Positions 1 to 9,219 of a DNA stretch of 56,731 nt are shown in pieces. The translations under genes and the position numbers were made by a program. Numbering within the stretch: the first letter of the stretch is position 1; each line of letters begins with the position of its first letter. The DNA is from a virus, in IMG/VR virus record IMGVR_UViG_3300023083_000005, positions 1-56,731 of that record. The stretch is one strand, 5' to 3'. The notes under the pieces were generated by a model. It was not told the origin of the DNA, made no database searches, and saw only the letters and a program-made list of their open reading frames with translations.

Positions 1-127
1 GAGGGGCCCGGGGCGCACCTCCATGCGTCTCTCGCCTTTATTTCGGTGTCAGGTGACCCCATATGTAAAATTTTGGCCCGATTTTTTACACGTTTGGCCC
101 ATGTGTAAAATTTTTTGCCATTTTTTC
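1..127. repeat. Terminal direct repeat, copy 1 (identical to 56605..56731); circular-assembly overlap or short DTR
   Basis: Read directly: gaggggcccggggcgcacc...gccattttttc occurs at both window ends, 127 nt, no mismatch seen. Confidence 0.95.
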
Positions 128-168
128 GACCAATATCGCCAAAAACGCCCTTTTTCGCGCAATCCCGG

Positions 169-180
169 GATAGAGTAGCT
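169..180 (+). promoter_or_regulatory. Candidate -10 element TAGAGT (171..176) inside 12-mer GATAGAGTAGCT; the same 12-mer is on the minus strand at 44604..44615
   Basis: TAnnnT hexamer typical of actinobacterial -10 boxes. It lies upstream of the first rightward gene. The 12-nt identity with a second intergenic site was read directly. Confidence 0.35.
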
Positions 181-211
181 AGATGGACGAAATTAGGAGG
201 ATTTACCCCGT

Positions 212-448
212 ATGATCAAGAAACCAGAAGATATCACCGAGGGATACTACATCATCACCCGCTTTGGCATGCAGAAGACCCCGAAATGGGTCTACACCGC
301 GTTCCGAGCCGTTGGTGGCACCGTAGCACACGCATGGATCACTCGCACGCCCGCTGACCCTGAAACCCTTCTCATCAAGGAAGAATGGCCCGGGCTGGAT
401 GAAGCGCTCGACAAGCTGGAGGAACAAATCAGGAAAGAGGGCAAATGA
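212..448 (+). CDS. hypothetical protein (78 aa)
   Basis: ORF track; AGGAGG at 195..200 upstream of ATG 212; first gene of rightward arm. Confidence 0.65.
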   Translation: MIKKPEDITEGYYIITRFGMQKTPKWVYTAFRAVGGTVAHAWITRTPADPETLLIKEEWPGLDEALDKLEEQIRKEGK

Positions 449-663
449 GTCGTCTAATTACTTACGACGTGGGTGAAGTGTACCGAGTCCGAGTTGGACG
501 GGCTTACGAGAACGGTGGAAGCTCTGAGGTATTTCTCGGGCCGTACCAGTCTAAGAACACCGCGCGGGGAGTAGCCACCTCGAAGATGCGCTTTGCTAAG
601 CCCGGTGTGATCACTCACGCTGAGGTTCAAGTGCTGACCGGCCAATGGAAGGTTGACGAATGA
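445..663 (+). CDS. hypothetical protein (72 aa)
   Basis: ORF track; ATGA start/stop overlap with upstream gene. Confidence 0.6.
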   Translation: MSRLITYDVGEVYRVRVGRAYENGGSSEVFLGPYQSKNTARGVATSKMRFAKPGVITHAEVQVLTGQWKVDE

Positions 664-953
664 GCCGCAACCCCGTCAGCAAGCGACTGCTCGGCAACGC
701 ACGCCTGTTCATTGATCAGGCCCAAGCCGGTGACCGCGAGGCCCAGCGTAAGCTCAAGGAAATGATGGTCAAGCACGACCAGCAGATGCCACAGGTTCTG
801 TACTTGCTGATGCAGGAATCGCTTGAGGCGGCGTATCCTGAAGAGCCTCGTGACTGTCTTGACGCTGGCACGGATAACGGCTGCTACTATCAAGAACCGC
901 ACAAGCACGGCTTTGCTTGCGACAAAACCTGCACCGAATGCAAAGGACGATAA
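660..953 (+). CDS. hypothetical protein (97 aa), Cys-rich C-terminus
   Basis: ORF track; ATGA overlap with upstream gene; C-terminal CDKTCTEC. Confidence 0.6.
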   Translation: MSRNPVSKRLLGNARLFIDQAQAGDREAQRKLKEMMVKHDQQMPQVLYLLMQESLEAAYPEEPRDCLDAGTDNGCYYQEPHKHGFACDKTCTECKGR

Positions 954-959
954 CTAATC

Positions 960-1127
960 ATGGACATTGAACTCGAAATCCAGAAGATCGACGGCGAGCT
1001 ACAGGAACTGTACCGTGGCAAGTCCACGAACGTCATCCGGCTCAAGCAACTCTGGGATCGTCTGGACGTACTGGAGCGCATGAAGGCCAGTGGCGACCAG
1101 TCGGGTGCTAAGCGGGTCATCGGCTAA
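960..1127 (+). CDS. hypothetical protein (55 aa, coiled-coil-like)
   Basis: Hand translation MDIELEIQKIDGELQELY...KRVIG; below ORF-track cutoff; fills gap in a tightly packed operon. Confidence 0.4.
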   Translation: MDIELEIQKIDGELQELYRGKSTNVIRLKQLWDRLDVLERMKASGDQSGAKRVIG

Positions 1128-1216
1128 TGCTGGACTTCCTACTGGTCTGCACGTTCTACGCGGTGATCCTCATTGTCGTGCTGGTGATTATTGCAGTATC
1201 GGCGCACCGGTCATGA
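1127..1216 (+). CDS. possible small membrane peptide (29 aa)
   Basis: TAATG overlap with upstream ORF; MLDFLLVCTFYAVILIVVLVIIAVSAHRS is one hydrophobic helix. Confidence 0.3.
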   Translation: MLDFLLVCTFYAVILIVVLVIIAVSAHRS

Positions 1217-1326
1217 AAGGCTGGCACCTGATCTGGATTCTGCCGCTCGCATTCGTCCTCATCATGGCTGCGTGCGGGTTCATTCTGGCGCGGATCATGA
1301 ACCTGTGGATGGATCATGAAGGGTAG
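1213..1326 (+). CDS. possible small membrane protein (37 aa)
   Basis: ATGA overlap with preceding peptide; MKGWHLIWILPLAFVLIMAACGFILARI hydrophobic; internal start of track ORF 1090..1326. Confidence 0.4.
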   Translation: MKGWHLIWILPLAFVLIMAACGFILARIMNLWMDHEG

Positions 1327-1362
1327 CGATCTACTCGCTTGGGTGTTCGTTTTTTCGGTTGT

Positions 1363-1399
1363 GGTAGGCTCTTTCCTTGTAGGGGGAGCCTACCTTTTC
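1363..1399 (+). terminator. Rho-independent terminator-like hairpin
   Basis: 9-bp stem GGTAGGCTC/GAGCCTACC followed by TTTT. Confidence 0.5.
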
Positions 1400-1419
1400 G
1401 ATCTACTAGGAGGATTGTA

Positions 1420-1554
1420 ATGGGAGAAGAGAAACGCGCTGAGGATAACTACCTCAAGGTGCCGATTATCCCGGTGCTGGTGATTCTGGGGCTTGCAGCA
1501 TGGGGCGTCGGGGATATCATCAATCACGTCATCAACTGGGTGAACACATGGTAA
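1420..1554 (+). CDS. small membrane protein (44 aa)
   Basis: AGGAGG 6 nt upstream of ATG 1420; hydrophobic core PIIPVLVILGLAAWGV; the longer track form 1339..1554 would span the hairpin. Confidence 0.55.
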   Translation: MGEEKRAEDNYLKVPIIPVLVILGLAAWGVGDIINHVINWVNTW

Positions 1555-1736
1555 TCCCGGTCAAGTCCAAGACGGACAACGCTATGGACGGTCTTCTCGA
1601 TCACGTGGCTGACAAGAACAAGTCAATTGACTTGGCGGCGTCAGTGATGAACGGGTGGGAGAACGCAGCACCCAGCCTCAAGCAACCGTTTGACGAAATC
1701 CGCAAGGCTCTTGGATTGGACGTAACCTCAGAATGA
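1548..1736 (+). CDS. hypothetical protein (62 aa)
   Basis: ATG 1548 overlaps the end of the upstream gene; same frame as track ORF 1500..1736. Confidence 0.5.
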   Translation: MVIPVKSKTDNAMDGLLDHVADKNKSIDLAASVMNGWENAAPSLKQPFDEIRKALGLDVTSE

Positions 1737-1972
1737 CAACGACGACCCCCGGTGGCATCCCCGCCTTCGCGTACGAACCCGAGCCGAAGATTTATATGAA
1801 CATATCAGGCATCACCCGCCACGTCAAGGTAACCCTGCACGACGAGGGGGATGACGGCACCGCAGTCTGGAAGGCTGAGATTGTCGGTGAGGATGACGTG
1901 TTCGTAGAGGGCCGCGTCAGTGACACGATCTGGTCAATTCTGGACAAGGTGGCTCACGCTTATGACGAGTGA
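1733..1972 (+). CDS. hypothetical protein (79 aa)
   Basis: ORF track; ATGA overlap with upstream gene. Confidence 0.6.
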   Translation: MTTTTPGGIPAFAYEPEPKIYMNISGITRHVKVTLHDEGDDGTAVWKAEIVGEDDVFVEGRVSDTIWSILDKVAHAYDE

Positions 1973-2231
1973 AGTCGAGCCTACATGGCCCGCCGAGAGA
2001 TTTCTAGTCTGTCACACTTTCTGGAAATATGGAATTGACCCGCGCACCATCATCGAAGACAGCCTTTCCACTAAGGGATACGAAACTTTCTCGTACAACG
2101 CTGCCGGTGGTCGGGTATTGAACGGTGAGGACTGGGAGCGCACATTCGTTCCGTGGGAGAACGAAATCGTCGCAGGTGAAGTCCTCAAGGCTGTGCAGCA
2201 ACAGTTTGCCAAGCGTTTCTTCAAGGAATAG
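1962..2231 (+). CDS. hypothetical protein (89 aa)
   Basis: Internal ATG of track ORF 1920..2231 chosen to minimise overlap. Confidence 0.5.
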   Translation: MTSEVEPTWPAERFLVCHTFWKYGIDPRTIIEDSLSTKGYETFSYNAAGGRVLNGEDWERTFVPWENEIVAGEVLKAVQQQFAKRFFKE

Positions 2232-2243
2232 GAAAAACTAAAT

Positions 2244-2558
2244 ATGAGTAAGTTCCGCATCATGTATGAAGTGGAGTCGTACGATATCAACTCCGCACTC
2301 AATCTAGCGCACACTCTGCTCTTCACGCAAGAGATTGACGCAGATAGTGTGAAGGTCGAGCCGGTCACCACCGACCCGGGTCGTAGTTTCGGTGACCCCG
2401 TAGTGGAAGCTTACAAGGGTAGCGCGACCGAGGCTAAAGTCAATGAGGCCGCTAAGCATCCAGAAACCCTTGTAGAGCGTCCCCAGCGCAGAATGGCAGA
2501 AGAGGAAGACAAGCCGCGATTCTTTGACAAGGTGCTTGGCTGGCTCGACAAGTCGTGA
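2244..2558 (+). CDS. hypothetical protein (104 aa)
   Basis: ORF track; followed by hairpin GGTGG-cgac-CCACC. Confidence 0.6.
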   Translation: MSKFRIMYEVESYDINSALNLAHTLLFTQEIDADSVKVEPVTTDPGRSFGDPVVEAYKGSATEAKVNEAAKHPETLVERPQRRMAEEEDKPRFFDKVLGWLDKS

Positions 2559-2634
2559 TACAGTAGAAAAGCAATCTCAGTCTGACGAGGCAAGCTCTAA
2601 TACGTGCAACAGGGTGGCGACCCACCGCCAACAA

Positions 2635-2706
2635 TCTGAACTAGCTCAATGGCAGAGCAAGAAACTGTTAATTTCTCGGTTCGTGGTTCGAGTCCACGGT
2701 TCAGAG
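2635..2706 (+). tRNA. tRNA-Asn (anticodon GTT)
   Basis: Hand-folded cloverleaf: acceptor TCTGAAC/GTTCAGA, D stem GCTC/GAGC, anticodon stem AGAAA/TTTCT with loop CTGTTAA, T arm CGTGG-TTCGAGT-CCACG. Confidence 0.85.
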
Positions 2707-2772
2707 CGCGGAGTACCGCCCTTCGGGGTAAGGCACCAGCCTTGGTTCACGGCAAGGAGTAGTGGACTGTAT

Positions 2773-2845
<73 letters not shown>

Positions 2846-2978
2846 GCGCGAAACGAGTGGTGAAAAAGGGTTTGTAGTAGCCGGGAACCAAACCAGAAAC
2901 CCCGAAAGACACAGGCCGTGAGGGAAGTTCCCACGGTGCCAACTGTTAGGGTTCCCCTCTCCATGAGACAATTGACTA

Positions 2979-3494
2979 ATGGAGACAGACGTTGTACTAT
3001 CGCGCTCAGCACTTGACGAGCGCCTACTTGCCAATGCGCGCAAGTCACTGAGGGAAATCTCGGAGATTACCGGCCTCGGGGTCGAAGAGCTTGCCGAGCG
3101 CTACTCGATCCTGTTCGAAGAGCGCGGCTGGCTGACTGAACGGCAGGAAGAGCGCCTACTGCTCATCGAGCTAGGCGACATGCTCACAGACGGCAAGGCA
3201 CGGCTCAAAGAGGCCTCTCTAGAGGACTACGCCTCTATCTACCGGGCTATCCTCGCCAACATGACCCTCATGGCCAACCGCATGGATATGCGCCGTAAGC
3301 TGGTCGATGAGGATATCAACCGCATCACGCACGCCAATGCGCGGCAGTTCGGTGCAGCCTACGACACGGCAGTGAACCATATAGTTGCTTCTCTGCGTGC
3401 GGCCCACCCTGAGATTACCGACGAAGAGGTCGAGCAGTACTCCGTGGAGGGCTTGACGAAGGCCAAGCGCCAGCTTGCAAAGGTGACGCTGTAA
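2979..3494 (+). CDS. terS: terminase small subunit (putative)
   Basis: 171 aa immediately upstream of and overlapping terL; N-terminal HTH-like segment LREISEITGLGVEELAERY; call is mainly positional. Confidence 0.6.
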   Translation: METDVVLSRSALDERLLANARKSLREISEITGLGVEELAERYSILFEERGWLTERQEERLLLIELGDMLTDGKARLKEASLEDYASIYRAILANMTLMANRMDMRRKLVDEDINRITHANARQFGAAYDTAVNHIVASLRAAHPEITDEEVEQYSVEGLTKAKRQLAKVTL

Positions 3495-5140
3495 TGGCCT
3501 ACATGCAGAACATCATTGACGAAGCCCTCGCTGAGGTGGCCGTCAAAAGCCAGAAGCGCATCTACCAGCACGATTTCAACGCGTGGAGCGCTGACGTGCT
3601 GGGCCGACGCTACTACGAAAAGCTGCGCGAAATCTCGGACGTGGCGCTGTTCGGGGACAAGACCCGTACGGCAGTGAAGAGCGCCAACGGTTGCGGCAAG
3701 TCCCTGTGGCTGGCCGATCTTGTCACGTGGTGGTCAACGGCGTTCCCACCCGAGGACTCGCTGGCGATTATCACCGCGCCTACCCTGCATCAGATTCAAA
3801 ACGTCATGTTCACGTACCTCAAGAACAACTATGGGTACGTGGCACAGGAGGCGAAGAGCGACAACGTTCCATTCGCGTTCAACGGCACGTGGATCAACGA
3901 ATCGCTGGAGTGGAAGTACGCCAAGCCGAACGGTGCCGGTAACGAGAACATCGTCTTTGGCAAGCGCCCCTCTGACCAAGATATCGTATCAACCTTCCAA
4001 GGTACCCGCAAGGCCCGCACGCTGATCGCCATTGACGAGGGCGGCGGTGTCCCCGGTGAACTGTTCACGGCTGCTGAGGCGGTCGGTACCGGTGGTGAGA
4101 CTGTAATCGTGACCATCGGTAACCCTGACAAGCGTGGTACCGAGTTCCACAAGAAATTCAGCGACCCGAAAGAGTCTGCCGAGTGGAACACCTTCACGAT
4201 CAGCGCGTACGACCTGCCCACCATGACGGGCGAGATTGTATACCCGGGCGAGCCTGAGAAGCAAGAGAAGATGCTCAAAAAGGGTCTGACGACCCGTGAG
4301 TGGATCGAGCATAAAGAGCGCGTCTGGAAGGTCGGAGACAAGTGGGACGCTCGCGGTCTTGCCAAGGTTCTGGGTGAGTTCCCCGGGGAAACCGACAACA
4401 CGTTCTTTCCGCAGTCGGCTATCGACAAAGCGGGTGAACTTGATATCGACCCCGCTGGCGCGCGCATCATCATCGGTGCTGACGTTGCCGCTGCTGGTAG
4501 TGACGAGTCCGTGGTGTACGTCAACCGTGGCGGGCACGTGCGCCTGTTCGACAAGGGCATCCACTACAGCGACGGTGGCGAGGATCGCATCACCACGGGT
4601 GTCTGGAGCAAGGAAGACGAGGTATCGTCTGCCCGCAGACTGCACGCTATCGCCACTCACCTCGGTGCGCACGAGCTACGTGTTGACGCGGCGGGCCTCG
4701 GTGGTGCTATCTTCAAGATGCTCGAACGACTTGACGAGTTCAGCGACAAGTGCTATGAGCTATTTGCAATCATCGGATCGAACACGGCCAGCGACCGCGA
4801 CCAGTGGGCGAATAAGCGAGCCGAGAACCACGACAGCCTCAGACGGCAGATGATCGACGGGCTTATTGACCTCGACCCGTCAGACGATGTGCTGCGGAAC
4901 GAACTGCTGGTGGCGACCTATGCGCTGAACAACCGTGGCGCTGTGCAGATCACGCCCAAGCGAGAAATGGTGTCCCAGTTCGGCGGATCGCCTGACCGCA
5001 TGGATGCGCTGATCTACGCTACCACCGAGATTAGGGAAGCCAACGGCGGGGTTGCGGTCGGTGACGTGGTGATGTACGACTACGATCAGGCGCAGCAGGG
5101 CCATTTCTTCTATGACGATTTGGCCTCTGTGGGCTGGTAG
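3494..5140 (+). CDS. terL: terminase large subunit
   Basis: 548 aa; Walker A-like KSANGCGKS, Walker B-like LIAIDEGGG, RNaseH-like nuclease segment IIGADVAAAGSDESVVYV; position before portal. Confidence 0.9.
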   Translation: MAYMQNIIDEALAEVAVKSQKRIYQHDFNAWSADVLGRRYYEKLREISDVALFGDKTRTAVKSANGCGKSLWLADLVTWWSTAFPPEDSLAIITAPTLHQIQNVMFTYLKNNYGYVAQEAKSDNVPFAFNGTWINESLEWKYAKPNGAGNENIVFGKRPSDQDIVSTFQGTRKARTLIAIDEGGGVPGELFTAAEAVGTGGETVIVTIGNPDKRGTEFHKKFSDPKESAEWNTFTISAYDLPTMTGEIVYPGEPEKQEKMLKKGLTTREWIEHKERVWKVGDKWDARGLAKVLGEFPGETDNTFFPQSAIDKAGELDIDPAGARIIIGADVAAAGSDESVVYVNRGGHVRLFDKGIHYSDGGEDRITTGVWSKEDEVSSARRLHAIATHLGAHELRVDAAGLGGAIFKMLERLDEFSDKCYELFAIIGSNTASDRDQWANKRAENHDSLRRQMIDGLIDLDPSDDVLRNELLVATYALNNRGAVQITPKREMVSQFGGSPDRMDALIYATTEIREANGGVAVGDVVMYDYDQAQQGHFFYDDLASVGW

Positions 5141-5160
5141 AAAAAAATAGCGAAAAACTC

Positions 5161-5189
5161 TTGCAAAAGCCGTGATAACCTTGTAAGAT
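5161..5189 (+). promoter_or_regulatory. Sigma70-like promoter candidate TTGCAA-17 nt-TAAGAT
   Basis: Hexamers read at 5161..5166 and 5184..5189; the -10 overlaps the annotated portal ATG (5188), so either the promoter or that start is wrong. Confidence 0.3.
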
Positions 5190-6705
5190 GAGACCAATCG
5201 CGGGGCAAAACAGAGTAACCGGCCAATTTTCGCTGTCGGAAGCTCTTGAGCGCAACGAAATCTTGCAGGAATCTTACGCCGCCGCTACCGCTGCAATCAT
5301 GTCGATGCGTGCGGATGAAGAGGGTTGGCTTCCGCTCAACAAGCTCAAAGAGAATGGGTTCACTCTCCAGAACCTGCACGACATTGCTGAGCAAGCCGAG
5401 CTACAGACTACCGGAAACCCGCTGCTCAAGCGAGGCCTGACGCTGCGAACCGAGTACGTGTTCGGTCGCGGTGTGGGGTTCGAGGCCAAGGTCAACAACG
5501 GCACCATCCCGCCCCGCTATCAGGACATTATGGAAAAGCCGGGCAACTGCTCGGTGTTGTTCAGCGAAGAGGCTTTCGAGCGCAATGAACGAGAGGCCTT
5601 CAACAAGGGCAACCTGTTCATGGCATACCGGAAGTCCACCAAGACATTCTTCCCTATCCCGTTCAATGAGATTAGCAACAGCGCCAGCAACCCCGACTTG
5701 CAGCAAGACGTGTGGTACTACCAGCGCAGCTACATCAAGACCAACATCAACGGCGAACCTGACGAAGAGAAGACGATTGTCTGGTACCCCGTACTGGAGA
5801 AGGCCGAAGAGGGACAGGCTAAGCTCCGTACCACGATTGCCGGTAGCCGTGTAGACAAGGACGTGGTGATTATAGACGCCAAGTTCAACACCCGCGTAGG
5901 CGGCGTCTGGGGAGTCCCTGACGTTCTCCCGGCCCTCCCGTATGCATGGGCGCACGCAGAGTACATTCGGGATGCCTCGAAGCTGCTCAAGGCGCTGTCC
6001 ACGATTGCGTGGAAGGTTGTCTCGAAGTCTAAGAACAACGCCAGCAACGCCAGCGTCAAGATGGGCATGCCCAAGGGTGCCGGTTCCACGGCCAGCATGA
6101 CCGACAACACCGATCTTGTGGCCATGCCGCGCTCGGGACAGGTGGACATGACGGACGGGCAGGAACTTGCCGGGTACGTCGCATCTGCCTTGCAGGTGTC
6201 GCTTGTCGCCATTACGTCAAACCCGGGTGCCGCATCCGGTTCGTACGGTGCTGCTGCCAGCCTCGACCAGCCTAGCGCAAACTCAGCGCGTGCGCGACAG
6301 GCTATGTGGGTGAGCTTCTACAAGCGCATCTATCGTGCAGTCGGCATGAAAGACGTGGTTGTCAACTTCCCGAAGATCACGGAAGACCCCATCTTCCGCC
6401 AGATGCAGAGCTTCACCCTCGCCTTCGCCAGCGGTGGTATCCACCAAGACGAGTACCGGGTTGCCGCCCTCGAAGCGCTCGATATCAAGTCGCTGCACGA
6501 AGAGGTTCCCGAGCCGAACGTGTTCACTGCTGCTGCCAAGTACTCGCAGGAAGCTATCGAGCAGGAAGAGAAAGCCGCTCAGGACGAAGCTGACCGTGCT
6601 ACTGCATTGGCGGCACAGGGTCAAGCGGGCCTCGCGGGTGCCGGTGGAAGCGGAACGAATGACCTCCGCGACATGGATGCAACGCCCGGTACAGGCTCAG
6701 CTTAG
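5188..6705 (+). CDS. portal protein
   Basis: 505 aa directly downstream of terL, acidic/Ala-Gly-rich C-terminus; size and synteny; start uncertain. Confidence 0.8.
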   Translation: MRPIAGQNRVTGQFSLSEALERNEILQESYAAATAAIMSMRADEEGWLPLNKLKENGFTLQNLHDIAEQAELQTTGNPLLKRGLTLRTEYVFGRGVGFEAKVNNGTIPPRYQDIMEKPGNCSVLFSEEAFERNEREAFNKGNLFMAYRKSTKTFFPIPFNEISNSASNPDLQQDVWYYQRSYIKTNINGEPDEEKTIVWYPVLEKAEEGQAKLRTTIAGSRVDKDVVIIDAKFNTRVGGVWGVPDVLPALPYAWAHAEYIRDASKLLKALSTIAWKVVSKSKNNASNASVKMGMPKGAGSTASMTDNTDLVAMPRSGQVDMTDGQELAGYVASALQVSLVAITSNPGAASGSYGAAASLDQPSANSARARQAMWVSFYKRIYRAVGMKDVVVNFPKITEDPIFRQMQSFTLAFASGGIHQDEYRVAALEALDIKSLHEEVPEPNVFTAAAKYSQEAIEQEEKAAQDEADRATALAAQGQAGLAGAGGSGTNDLRDMDATPGTGSA

Positions 6706-6753
6706 ACCTACTGACCAGCGGTTGTCAAGAGTCATGCTAAACTGGATTCTAGG

Positions 6754-7689
6754 ATGACGAAAACTACGCTGCTCAAAGAGTCCACCGCGACTCCACTGGC
6801 TAAGTCAGGTAACCACTGGCGGGCCGTGCTTGTCACACCCGGCAAGGGTTCCAGCGGCACGTACTCGGAAGCTATGCTCAAAGAGTATGGCCCCAAGGCG
6901 TTCCCCAAGGGAACCCATTCCTACGTCGGCCACCCCAACAGTGAATACGAACAGCGCGACCCTAAGAACCTCATGGGCGTTCTCGCTGAGGATGCTTACT
7001 GGGAAGAGGGTGTAGGCGTCGTCGGCAAGCTCGACATTATGCCCCACTGGAAAGACTTTGTGGAGGCTGTTGCCCCCCACACCGGCCTGTCCATCTACGC
7101 AATGGGCAGCGGCAATGACGAGAGTGGTGAAATGGTGGTCGAGTCCTTGATTCCTGCCATTGACAACTCAGTAGACCTCGTGAGCTACCCGGGTCGCCCC
7201 GGTAGTGGCCTAGCCGAGAAACTTTACGAGAGTGCACGTCGCGCTTTCGTTGAAAAACGTACCGAAGATGTTTCGGGCGGGAAAGAAGGAAATGACATGA
7301 CAGTAGAGGAACAGCTTGCAAAGCTGACCACTCTTGTTACTGAGTTTATTTCCGAAAGCAAGGAAGCCGCTGCAAAGCTGGTTCAGGAACAGGCTAACGC
7401 GGCTACGGCTGCTGACGAAGTGAGCGTAAAGGTGAAGGCGACTATTGAAGCGCTTGAGCTTGTTCACGATGCCAAGCTTTCTGACCCGCTTGAGGCTGAA
7501 CTTGTTTCGGCAGTAGAAGCCGGTAACACCGACGTCAAGCCGCTCATCGAGCGCGCTAAGGGCATCGAGAAGGCTATCGCGGAATCGCTCTCCAAGAACG
7601 ATGACGAGAATCTTCGCATCAACGAATCGTCCGATAAGTCCAAGGCTACCAAGCTTTCGGGCCTGAGCATCTTTGCAGGTGACAAGTAA
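6754..7689 (+). CDS. capsid maturation protease fused to scaffolding domain (putative)
   Basis: N-terminal about 165 aa resembles HK97-type prohead protease (THSYVGHP ... GLSIYAMG). The C-terminal half is Ala/Glu/Lys-rich coiled coil. The gene lies between portal and capsid. Confidence 0.6.
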   Translation: MTKTTLLKESTATPLAKSGNHWRAVLVTPGKGSSGTYSEAMLKEYGPKAFPKGTHSYVGHPNSEYEQRDPKNLMGVLAEDAYWEEGVGVVGKLDIMPHWKDFVEAVAPHTGLSIYAMGSGNDESGEMVVESLIPAIDNSVDLVSYPGRPGSGLAEKLYESARRAFVEKRTEDVSGGKEGNDMTVEEQLAKLTTLVTEFISESKEAAAKLVQEQANAATAADEVSVKVKATIEALELVHDAKLSDPLEAELVSAVEAGNTDVKPLIERAKGIEKAIAESLSKNDDENLRINESSDKSKATKLSGLSIFAGDK

Positions 7690-8072
7690 TGGCTCTCAAT
7701 CACGCGATTGTCTTCGACAACACGTACCCCCTGCCCGCCCCTGCTACCGTTGACGGCGGCGAGGTCTTCCTCGTCGGTGGCATCGTAGCTGTCGCGCAGT
7801 ACCCCGCAACTCAGGGTGAAATCGCTGGCGCTGCTGGCCTCCAGACGGTAGGATACCTTCACGGCATCCACCGCTTCACGGCTGGCACCGGAGCTATCAC
7901 CGTGGGACAGCCCGTGTATATCACGACCTCGACCGCTGGTGCTGGCACCACGACCGTGACCACGACCGCTGCGTCGGGAACTTTCATTGGCTACGCCGTA
8001 GAGCCTAAGGCTTCTGCTGCTGGCCCTGTCTGGGTTCTCATCGTACAGGGTGCCCCGAAGGTAGGAAGCTAA
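7689..8072 (+). CDS. DUF2190-like head decoration/cement protein (putative)
   Basis: 127 aa Gly/Ala/Thr-rich beta protein immediately upstream of the major capsid gene; pattern recalled from the DUF2190 family. Confidence 0.45.
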   Translation: MALNHAIVFDNTYPLPAPATVDGGEVFLVGGIVAVAQYPATQGEIAGAAGLQTVGYLHGIHRFTAGTGAITVGQPVYITTSTAGAGTTTVTTTAASGTFIGYAVEPKASAAGPVWVLIVQGAPKVGS

Positions 8073-8074
8073 TA

Positions 8075-9193
8075 ATGACCAAGATTACCGATGAGGCGTA
8101 CTTCGAACGCTTCACGCCTCGCCAGAAAGAGGCCGCTGAGCTTCTGGACGGCTCGCTGAACGGTGACCGCACCGCCAAGCACAAGCTCGTGGAAGGTATC
8201 GCGACCAGCGATATCGCCGCAGCCCTCTCGCCCACGCTGAACTACCTGTCGCTCAAGAATTACGCGGCTCAGCCGAAGGTTTGGGATCAGTTCGCTGAGC
8301 GCAACGTGCTTGACAACTTCCTTGCCCAGCCGTACTACAACCTGTCGTTCGACGACCAGAGCAACATTGCTCCCGGTTACTCGGGTGACAACTTCATCCC
8401 GGGATCGCTCCCGACCGTGAAGGAGTACGCGCCGTACCCCACCATTAGCTTCTCCGCCTCGACTGCACAGTTGAAGCTGAAGAAGTCTGGTGAGGCTATC
8501 CAGTTCTCGTGGGAGTCGATCATCAACGACAACCAGCTTGGCATGCTTGAGCGCGTACCTACCGCGTTCGGTAAGCACGCTGCTGGCCGCGAGGACTCTG
8601 AGGCAACCAAGGGTCTTGTAACTCCCGCTGGCATCAACGCTGCGCTCTTCTCGGGCCAGACCGCGACCACGGGTGCGCTTACGCTCGCTGCTCTCCAGAA
8701 CGCTCTACAGGCTATCGCAGTCCAGACGTACAACGGAATCACCGTATCCCCGGCTTCCAGCTACGTGCTGATCGTGTCCCCTCAGAACGAACTGAACGCC
8801 CGTAACATTCTCGCCACGACCGAGGTTTCGACCGAGGTTACCTCTGGCGGCACCGTTACCCGCTTCACCCGCGACGAGACGATTGGCTCGCGTATCAAGC
8901 TGGTTGTCAACCCGTGGATCACCAAGATTGCACCCACCGCTGGTGCCGCTTGGTTCCTCGTTCCGGCCCCCGGCACGTCCGACCAGAACCCGCCCCTTCT
9001 GCTCAACTTCCTGCGTGGCTACGAGTCGCCTGAGATTTGGGTCAAGGACAACGCCAGCTACTTCCTCGCTGGTGGCAAGGTTCCTGAGCGTCGTGGTTCG
9101 TTCGACAACGACGACTACCAGCTTCGCACGCGCCACACGGCTACTGGTGGAGTTCTCCCCACCGCTGGCTACCTCGCATCGACTGGTGTCTAA
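8075..9193 (+). CDS. major capsid protein (HK97-fold, putative)
   Basis: 372 aa after protease/scaffold and followed by a strong terminator; size and synteny. Confidence 0.8.
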   Translation: MTKITDEAYFERFTPRQKEAAELLDGSLNGDRTAKHKLVEGIATSDIAAALSPTLNYLSLKNYAAQPKVWDQFAERNVLDNFLAQPYYNLSFDDQSNIAPGYSGDNFIPGSLPTVKEYAPYPTISFSASTAQLKLKKSGEAIQFSWESIINDNQLGMLERVPTAFGKHAAGREDSEATKGLVTPAGINAALFSGQTATTGALTLAALQNALQAIAVQTYNGITVSPASSYVLIVSPQNELNARNILATTEVSTEVTSGGTVTRFTRDETIGSRIKLVVNPWITKIAPTAGAAWFLVPAPGTSDQNPPLLLNFLRGYESPEIWVKDNASYFLAGGKVPERRGSFDNDDYQLRTRHTATGGVLPTAGYLASTGV

Positions 9194-9219
9194 CTAGTTT
9201 CCGACAAGGAATAATAGCA

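Noticed and set aside
1339-1419. Long form of ORF 1339..1554
   Set aside because: The upstream part would be translated through a 9-bp-stem terminator hairpin, and it starts at a non-ATG codon. AGGAGG precedes the internal ATG 1420.
3829-4672. Long antisense ORFs (243 aa and 227 aa, minus strand) inside the large terminase gene
   Set aside because: They are shadow ORFs, as expected in GC-rich DNA. They lie fully inside a well-supported CDS, translate to Arg/Ser/Pro-rich low-complexity sequence, and have no RBS.
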